Shown here in pieces: positions 26,582 through 32,000 of a stretch of DNA of 32,000 bases; the first letter of the stretch is position 1; the number at the start of each line of letters is the position of its first letter. The stretch is from the NCBI RefSeq assembly GCF_900289195.1, contig NZ_OMOH01000002.1, positions 91,206 through 123,205 of the forward strand, written 5' to 3'. The translations under genes and the position numbers were made by a program. Below the pieces are notes generated by a model that had not been told where the DNA came from, did no database searches, and saw only the letters and a program-made list of their open reading frames with translations. This DNA is from Propionibacterium ruminifibrarum. GTDB taxonomy: Bacteria > Actinomycetota > Actinomycetes > Propionibacteriales > Propionibacteriaceae.

Positions 26582-26674
26582 ATGAGCATTTTCGACGACA
26601 GCACCGTCATCGATGCCATGCTCTCCATCCGCCAGCACATCGATCTGATGCTGGTCACCACCGCGACCTGTTGA
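26582..26674 (+). CDS. Unannotated 30-codon small ORF (MSIFDDSTVIDAMLSIRQHIDLMLVTTATC)
   Basis: Below the ORF-track length cut-off. ATG 26582 is the first start codon after an in-frame stop at 26507-26509. The Shine-Dalgarno-like aaagga (26569-26574) lies 7 nt upstream. 25 of 29 codons after the ATG end in G/C even though the encoded residues are AT-rich (I, F, D, M), which is the host coding signature. The stop is TGA at 26672-26674. Confidence 0.42.
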   Translation: MSIFDDSTVIDAMLSIRQHIDLMLVTTATC

Positions 26675-27023
26675 TCCGGGTCTGTTCCCCGCCTCCCCGC
26701 CAGAACTCCCGCACATGCTGAGGGCCTGACGCCCACATCTCCTTCCGGACCGCGGTCCCGTGTCACCCTCATCGACGGCACCCGGCCGGCCCTGCGGCAG
26801 TCATGCGCACCAATCGAACCAGGACCACCACGATCCCCCGACCAGCAACCGTCGGCGCCCCGCTCCGCGGGCTTCCCTGCCGGCCCCCACCGGCCCGGCT
26901 GGTGCGAACGGCTGCGGGCCAACATGCCGGGAAGAGGGCCTCACGAGGCGTCCTCGGCACGGCGGGGTCCACCACGACGCCGGGCGGGCAGCCCGATCGA
27001 TGACGAGTGACGAAGGAATACTG

Positions 27024-27740
27024 ATGACACGAACACGGACACGAACGCGAACCAGGGACGAGCTGCGCACCATCGCGGAGCAGGCCGCGTCAGAACATGC
27101 CCACGACACGGCGGAGGAGCTGATGGCCTGGGCGGCCCAGACCTTCGGGGACTCCATGGCGGTCGCCTGCTCGATGGCGGCGGACACCGTGGTGTCCGAC
27201 CTGGCGGCCAAGGCACTGCCCGGCGTCGACGTGCTCTTCCTGCAGACCGGCTACCACTTCCCCGAGACGAACGACCTGCGCATCGACCTGCCGATCTTCC
27301 AGGAGATCAACCTGGTCGACGTGCAGCCCGACCAGAGCGTCGCCGAGCAGGACGAGCAGTACGGCCCCCGCCTGTACGAGCGTGACCCGAACCTGTGCTG
27401 CGAGCTGCGCAAGGTCGCCCCACTCAACCGGGCGCTGACCGGCTACGAGGCGTGGGTCACCGGGATCCGCCGCGAGGACAATGCCCTGCGCGCGCACGCC
27501 GGGCTCGTCGAGTGGGACGAGCGGCATGGAATGGTCAAGCTCAACCCCATCGCGGCATGGAGCACCGATGAACTCTTCGCGTACATCGAGGAGCACGGCG
27601 TCCCGGTCAACCCCCTGCTCGGACAGGGCTACCCATCCATCGGCTGCGCCGTCTGCACCCGCAGGGTCGCACCCGGAGAAGACCCCCGGTCCGGCCGCTG
27701 GGCCGGCCTGACGAAGACTGAATGCGGGATTCACCTATGA
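27024..27740 (+). CDS. cysH: Adenylyl-sulfate (APS)/PAPS reductase, thioredoxin-dependent, Fe-S type
   Basis: Colinear with actinobacterial CysH: FLQTGYHFPET, NLCCELRKVAPL, SIGCAVCT (the CC...CxxC cluster cysteines) and C-terminal KTECGIH. Start chosen at ATG 27024 (gaagga 7 nt upstream). ATG 27000 is an alternative. The N-terminus is MTRTRTRTRTRD. Confidence 0.9.
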   Translation: MTRTRTRTRTRDELRTIAEQAASEHAHDTAEELMAWAAQTFGDSMAVACSMAADTVVSDLAAKALPGVDVLFLQTGYHFPETNDLRIDLPIFQEINLVDVQPDQSVAEQDEQYGPRLYERDPNLCCELRKVAPLNRALTGYEAWVTGIRREDNALRAHAGLVEWDERHGMVKLNPIAAWSTDELFAYIEEHGVPVNPLLGQGYPSIGCAVCTRRVAPGEDPRSGRWAGLTKTECGIHL

Positions 27741-28693
27741 GCACCACCACGACAACCACCGTGACATCCGTCGACGAGGCGGGCACCTCCCGGGCGCGTG
27801 CCGGCGGCGACCACCTGGACGCGCTCGAGAACGAAACGATTCACATCTTCCGCGAGGTCACGGCCGAGGCCGAACGGCCGGTCCTGCTGTTCTCGGGCGG
27901 CAAGGACTCGGTCGTCATGCTGCACATCGCGCGCAAGGCCTTCTGGCCCGCTCCCCTGCCGTTCGGCCTGCTGCACGTCGACACCGGGCACAACTTCCCC
28001 GAGGTGCTCGACTACCGCGACCGGATCGTGGCCGAACACGGGCTGCGGCTGACCGTCGAGAAGGTCCAGGACTGGATCGATGACGGTCGGCTGATCGAGC
28101 GCCCCGACGGGACGCGCAATCCGCTGCAGACCCAGCCGCTGCTCCACGCCATCGCCGAGGGCGGCTTCGACGCCGTCTACGGCGGTGGGCGCCGTGACGA
28201 GGAGAAGGCCCGCGCCAAGGAACGGATCGTCTCGCTGCGCGACGCGTTCGGCCAGTGGAATCCGCGCAATCAGCGGCCCGAGCTGTGGGGGCTGTACAAC
28301 ACCCGCCACCTGCCCGGCGAACACGTGCGGGTCTTCCCGCTGTCGAACTGGACCGAATTGGACGTGTGGCGCTACATCGTGCGCGAGGGCATCGAGTTGC
28401 CCAGCCTCTACTTCGCCCACGAGCGCCGGGTCTTCAGGCGGGGCGGCATGTGGATGGCGCTGAGCCCCGTCACCGCGCCCCGGGCCGATGACCGGGTCGT
28501 GACGAAGACGGTGCGCTACCGGACCGTGGGTGACATGTCCTGCACCGGCGCGGTCGAGTCGACCGCCGCCGATGCCGCGGCGGTCCTCGCCGAGGTGGCG
28601 GCGACGACGGTGACCGAACGCGGGGCGACCCGCGCCGACGACAGGCTCTCCGAGGCCGCGATGGAGGACCGCAAGAAGGAAGGGTACTTCTGA
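27737..28693 (+). CDS. cysD: Sulfate adenylyltransferase subunit 2
   Basis: LDALENETIHIFREV...VLLFSGGKDSVVMLH (PP-loop)...RRDEEKARAKERI...FPLSNWTELDVWRYI...C-terminal KKEGYF. ATG 27737 overlaps the cysH stop (ATGA). Confidence 0.95.
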   Translation: MSTTTTTTVTSVDEAGTSRARAGGDHLDALENETIHIFREVTAEAERPVLLFSGGKDSVVMLHIARKAFWPAPLPFGLLHVDTGHNFPEVLDYRDRIVAEHGLRLTVEKVQDWIDDGRLIERPDGTRNPLQTQPLLHAIAEGGFDAVYGGGRRDEEKARAKERIVSLRDAFGQWNPRNQRPELWGLYNTRHLPGEHVRVFPLSNWTELDVWRYIVREGIELPSLYFAHERRVFRRGGMWMALSPVTAPRADDRVVTKTVRYRTVGDMSCTGAVESTAADAAAVLAEVAATTVTERGATRADDRLSEAAMEDRKKEGYF

Positions 28694-29943
28694 TGGGCGA
28701 ACTACTCCGCCTGGCAACGGCAGGCAGCGTCGACGACGGCAAGTCGACCCTCGTGGGGCGTCTCCTGGTCGACACGAAGAACATCATGATCGACCAGTAC
28801 ACCGCCGTGGAGCAGGCCTCAGCGGCCCGCGGGCTGGACCAGGCAGACCTGGCGCTGCTCACCGACGGGCTGCGCGCCGAACGGGAGCAGGGCATCACGA
28901 TCGACGTGGCCTACCGCTACTTCGCGACACCCACCCGCTCGTTCATCCTCGCCGACTGCCCCGGTCACGTGCAGTACACCCGCAACACGGTCACCGGGGC
29001 CTCCACGGCGCAGGTCATCGTCACGCTCGTGGACGTGCGTCACGGGGTCGTCGAGCAGACCCGCCGCCACCTGGCGGTGGCGGCCCTGCTGCGCGTGCCG
29101 CACGTCGTGGTGGCGGTCAACAAGATCGACCTGGTCGACTTCGACCATGGCGTCATCACCGAGGTCTGCGACCAGGTCCGCGCCGTCGGGGCAGACCTGG
29201 GCATCGACGATCTGACGGTCATCCCGGTGAGTGCCCTGCTGGGCGACAACGTCGCCGAACCGTCCGACCGCACCCCGTGGTACGACGGGCCGAGCCTCAT
29301 GGCCTACCTGGAGACGGTTCCCGTCGCCGTCGATGACGTGGACGAGCCCGGCAGATTCCCCGTGCAGTACGTCCTGCGCCCCCAGTCGGGGGCGGGTGAG
29401 GAGTTCCGCGACTACCGGGGCTACGCGGGACGGGTCGAACGGGGCTCCTTCAGCGTCGGTGACCGGGTGTGCGTCCTGCCCGGCGGCCGGCGCAGCACGG
29501 TGGTCGGCATCGACCTGCCGGGCGGGGGCGCCGGACGCAGCGCCGGCGCCTCGGAATCGGTGACGCTGCGGCTGGCCGACGAGATCGACATCGCCCGCGG
29601 GGAACTCATCGCCGCCGAACCGGTTCCCGAACCGGTCCGCCAGCTGGACGCCACGGTCTGCTGGCTGGACGAGCGCCCCCTGCGCACCGGGGACCGGCTG
29701 CTCGTCAAGCACACGACGAGGACTGTCACCGGCATCGTCACCGGCATCGGCGGCCGCCTGAACCTGTCCACGTTCGAGGAGGAACCGGCCGGCGAGCTGG
29801 CCCTCAACGACATCGGACGGATCGGCCTGACACTGGCCGACCCGATCAGCCCCGACCCCTACGCCGAGTCCCGGACGACCGGATCGTTCGTCCTCGTCCA
29901 TCCCCAGACCGGCAACACGCTGGCGGCCGGCATGGTGTCCTGA
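28693..29943 (+). CDS. cysN: Sulfate adenylyltransferase subunit 1 (GTPase); no fused APS kinase domain
   Basis: LRLATAGSVDDGKSTLVGRL (G1), DCPGHVQYTRN (G3) and VAVNKIDL (G4). The 416-aa length is too short to include CysC. The start overlaps the cysD stop. Confidence 0.93.
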   Translation: MGELLRLATAGSVDDGKSTLVGRLLVDTKNIMIDQYTAVEQASAARGLDQADLALLTDGLRAEREQGITIDVAYRYFATPTRSFILADCPGHVQYTRNTVTGASTAQVIVTLVDVRHGVVEQTRRHLAVAALLRVPHVVVAVNKIDLVDFDHGVITEVCDQVRAVGADLGIDDLTVIPVSALLGDNVAEPSDRTPWYDGPSLMAYLETVPVAVDDVDEPGRFPVQYVLRPQSGAGEEFRDYRGYAGRVERGSFSVGDRVCVLPGGRRSTVVGIDLPGGGAGRSAGASESVTLRLADEIDIARGELIAAEPVPEPVRQLDATVCWLDERPLRTGDRLLVKHTTRTVTGIVTGIGGRLNLSTFEEEPAGELALNDIGRIGLTLADPISPDPYAESRTTGSFVLVHPQTGNTLAAGMVS

Positions 29944-29956
29944 GCCGGGTGCCGTC

Positions 29957-30002
29957 ACGGACGGGCGGGCGCGGGCCGTACGGCCCGCGCCCGCCCGTCC
30001 GT
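29957..30002. terminator. Bidirectional GC-rich hairpin between convergent cysN and rne
   Basis: acggacgggcgggcgcgggccg (29957-29978), ta, then cggcccgcgcccgcccgtccgt (29981-30002), a 22-nt perfect inverted repeat checked by hand. It lies 14 nt after the cysN stop and 26 nt after the rne stop. There is no U-tract on either strand. Confidence 0.6.
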
Positions 30003-30028
30003 CTCGGATCGTCCCGCCGAGGCGGCGG

Positions 30029-32000
30029 TCAGGCGCTCTTCTTCCTGCCACCGCCCCGCCGGCCGCGACGGTGACGCTCGCCGCCGTCCGCCGGGGCCTG
30101 GCTGGCGACGGGCTCGTCATGACGGATGTAGCCACGGCCGCCGCACGCGTCGCACTCGACGGTGAAGGCCTCGGCCAGCCCGGTGCCGATGCGTTTGCGC
30201 GTCAGCTGCACCAGCCCCAGGCTGGTGACCTCGCTCACCTGGTGGCGGGTGCGGTCGCGCCCCAGGCACTCGACCAGCCGACGCAGCAGCAGCTCGCGGT
30301 TCGCGGGCAGCACCATGTCGATGAAGTCGATCACGACGATGCCGCCCAGGTCACGCAGACGCAGCTGGCGGACGATCTCCTCGGCGGCCTCCAGGTTGTT
30401 CTTGGTGACGGTCTCCTCCAGGTTGCCGCCCGAACCGGTGAACTTCCCGGTGTTGACGTCGATGACGGTCATGGCCTCGGTGCGGTCGATGACCAGTGAG
30501 CCGCCGGAGGGCAGGAAGACCTTGCGTTCGAGCGCCTTGGAGATCTGCTCGTCGATGCGGTACTCGGCGAACGGGTCCCCCTGGGCGCTGTCCCAGCGCT
30601 TCAGCCGGTCGCGCAGATTCGGTGCGACGTGCTCGACGTAGGCCTCGATCGTGTCGAAGGCATCGTTCGGGCCGCCGTCCCCGGCGACGACGAGTTCGGA
30701 GAAGTCCTCGGTGAACACGTCGCGCACGATGCGCAGGGTCAGGTCGGGTTCGGCGTAGAGCTGCTGCGGGGCGTTGCCGGTGGCGGCCTTCTTGTCGATG
30801 ACCTCCCACTGGGCCTTGAGCCGTTCGACGTCACGACGCAGGTCGTCGGCCGAGACGCCCTCGGCCGCGGTACGGACGATGACGGAGCTGGACTCGTCGA
30901 CCGCCTCGTTGATGATCTCCCGCAGCCGTCGTCGCTCGGTGTCGGGCAGTTTGCGGCTGATGCCGGACAGGTGGCCGTCCGGGGAGTAGACGACGTAGCG
31001 GCCGGGCAGCGAGATGTGCGCCGTCAGGCGAGCGCCCTTGGCACCGATCGGGTCCTTGCTGACCTGGACGAGCACGGTCTGGCCCGGCTTGAGGGCGGTC
31101 TCGATGGTGTGCGGGGCGCTCTTGTCGACCAGGGCGTCCCAGTTGACCTCGCCCGCGTAGAGCACGGCGTTGCGGCCCCGGCCGATGTCGATGAAGGCGG
31201 CCTCCATGCTGGGCAGGACGTTCTGCACCTTGCCGAGGTAGATGTTGCCGATCAGCGAGGTCGACGCCTTGCGATCGACGTAGTGCTCGACCAGGACGTC
31301 GTCCTCGAGCACGGCCAGCTGGGTGTACTCCTCGCGCTGGCGGATGATCATCGTGCGGCTGACCGACTCGCGACGGGCGAGGAACTCCGCCTCGGTGAGG
31401 ATCGGGGCACGGCGGCGTCCGGCGGCACGACCCTCCTTGCGGCGCTGGCGTTTGGCCTCCAGCCGGGTGGAGCCCTCAATACCCGTGACCTCGTCGACGG
31501 CGCTGTGGCGGGGCTCGCGGACGCGCACGACGACATCGCTCGGGTCGTCATCGGAACCGCTGGTGTCCTCGCCGCGGCGGCGACGACGGCGACGACGACG
31601 GTGCTGCCCCTGGCCGGCCTCGGCCTCGGCCTCCTCCTTGGAGTCGTCCTTGTCGGTCTCGGTCTTCTCGGCCGATTCGGCCTCGGCGCCGTCCTCGTCG
31701 CCTCCGGCACCGGAGCCGCGGTGACGGCGACGCCCGCCGCGGCGGCGACGACGGCGGCGCGTGGTCTGCTCCTCCTCACCGGCGTGGTCCTCGCCCTCGG
31801 CGGAGCCGTCCTCGGCCGGTTCGGCCTGCCCCGGCTCCTCGGCGGAGTCCTCCGGGGCGTCGGTCGAGTCCTTGGGTCCGTTCGCGTCCCGGGGCTGTTC
31901 CTCACCGGCGATCGCCGCGGTGAGGGAGTCGAGGACGGCCTGCCTGTCGACCCCCTCATCGCCGGTTCCGGACCGGGCGGTCCTGCCGGCGGCCTCACGC
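30029..32000 (-). CDS. rne: Ribonuclease E (RNase E/G family); 5' end beyond the window
   Basis: The S1 and catalytic core are present: IGNIYLGKVQNVLPSMEAAFIDIGRGRNAVLY, VIDVNTGKF, VVIDFIDM and the zinc-link CDACGGRGY. The track ORF begins at GTG 31528, but hand translation shows the frame stays open to position 32000. It encodes an acidic/Arg-rich extension (...TTRRRRRRRGGRRRHRGSG...EAEAEAGQGQHRRRRRRRRRGEDTSGSDDD...), so the true start lies outside the window. Confidence 0.9.
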   Translation of the reverse strand, partial: REAAGRTARSGTGDEGVDRQAVLDSLTAAIAGEEQPRDANGPKDSTDAPEDSAEEPGQAEPAEDGSAEGEDHAGEEEQTTRRRRRRRGGRRRHRGSGAGGDEDGAEAESAEKTETDKDDSKEEAEAEAGQGQHRRRRRRRRRGEDTSGSDDDPSDVVVRVREPRHSAVDEVTGIEGSTRLEAKRQRRKEGRAAGRRRAPILTEAEFLARRESVSRTMIIRQREEYTQLAVLEDDVLVEHYVDRKASTSLIGNIYLGKVQNVLPSMEAAFIDIGRGRNAVLYAGEVNWDALVDKSAPHTIETALKPGQTVLVQVSKDPIGAKGARLTAHISLPGRYVVYSPDGHLSGISRKLPDTERRRLREIINEAVDESSSVIVRTAAEGVSADDLRRDVERLKAQWEVIDKKAATGNAPQQLYAEPDLTLRIVRDVFTEDFSELVVAGDGGPNDAFDTIEAYVEHVAPNLRDRLKRWDSAQGDPFAEYRIDEQISKALERKVFLPSGGSLVIDRTEAMTVIDVNTGKFTGSGGNLEETVTKNNLEAAEEIVRQLRLRDLGGIVVIDFIDMVLPANRELLLRRLVECLGRDRTRHQVSEVTSLGLVQLTRKRIGTGLAEAFTVECDACGGRGYIRHDEPVASQAPADGGERHRRGRRGGGRKKSA

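Noticed and set aside
26675-27023. SAM-I/SAM-IV riboswitch upstream of cysH
   Set aside because: I could not find the conserved core strings I remember for these classes. Only generic GC hairpins are present.
28819-30135. 438-aa minus-strand ORF overlapping cysN
   Set aside because: It is antisense to a GTPase with clear G1/G3/G4 motifs. It crosses the cysN/rne terminator hairpin and has no motifs of its own.
31348-31998. 216-aa minus-strand ORF (Pro/Arg/Thr-rich)
   Set aside because: It is an alternative frame of the Arg-rich/acidic N-terminal extension of rne. The rne frame is continuous with the catalytic core.
1-32000. CRISPR arrays, rRNA genes, IS elements and transposases
   Set aside because: No regularly spaced direct repeats, rRNA-like conserved blocks, terminal inverted repeats flanking a transposase-like ORF, or DDE/recombinase motifs were seen on either strand. 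The only tandem repeats are codon-level ones: (TR)5 in cysH and the poly-Arg runs in rne.

Overview
This is a high-GC actinobacterial chromosome segment. Hand-counted samples of core genes give about 65-68% G+C, and third codon positions are strongly G/C-biased. Gene content and order follow the conserved actinobacterial backbone, which I recall from Mycobacterium tuberculosis Rv2404c-Rv2444c (unverified): lepA / rpsT / holA-comEC-comEA ... histidine phosphatase-rsfS-nadD-proA-proB-obg-rpmA-rplU ... rne. Most of the window is ordinary housekeeping DNA. I called 28 CDSs, with many ATGA/GTGA start-stop overlaps, one tRNA-Ala(GGC), and several hairpins and promoter-like sites. No CRISPR array, rRNA, transposase or integrase was recognised. 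Four places deserve a second look. (1) A roughly 2.1 kb lower-GC islet sits directly 3' of the tRNA-Ala. It carries a stand-alone minimal ABC-type ATPase, a convergent Trp-rich orphan ORF and frame-broken debris. (2) An unannotated 30-codon ORF with host-like GC3, a Shine-Dalgarno site and its own promoter-like site lies between the divergent rplU and cysHDN units. (3) A U-tract hairpin, rare in this genome, lies inside a 338-nt leader just upstream of leuS. (4) A perfect 23-bp hairpin with a UUCG loop lies between rpmA and obg. I found no clear multi-gene novel system. All family assignments come from motif recognition by eye and no database search was run. The many long ORFs antisense to real genes are high-GC artefacts.
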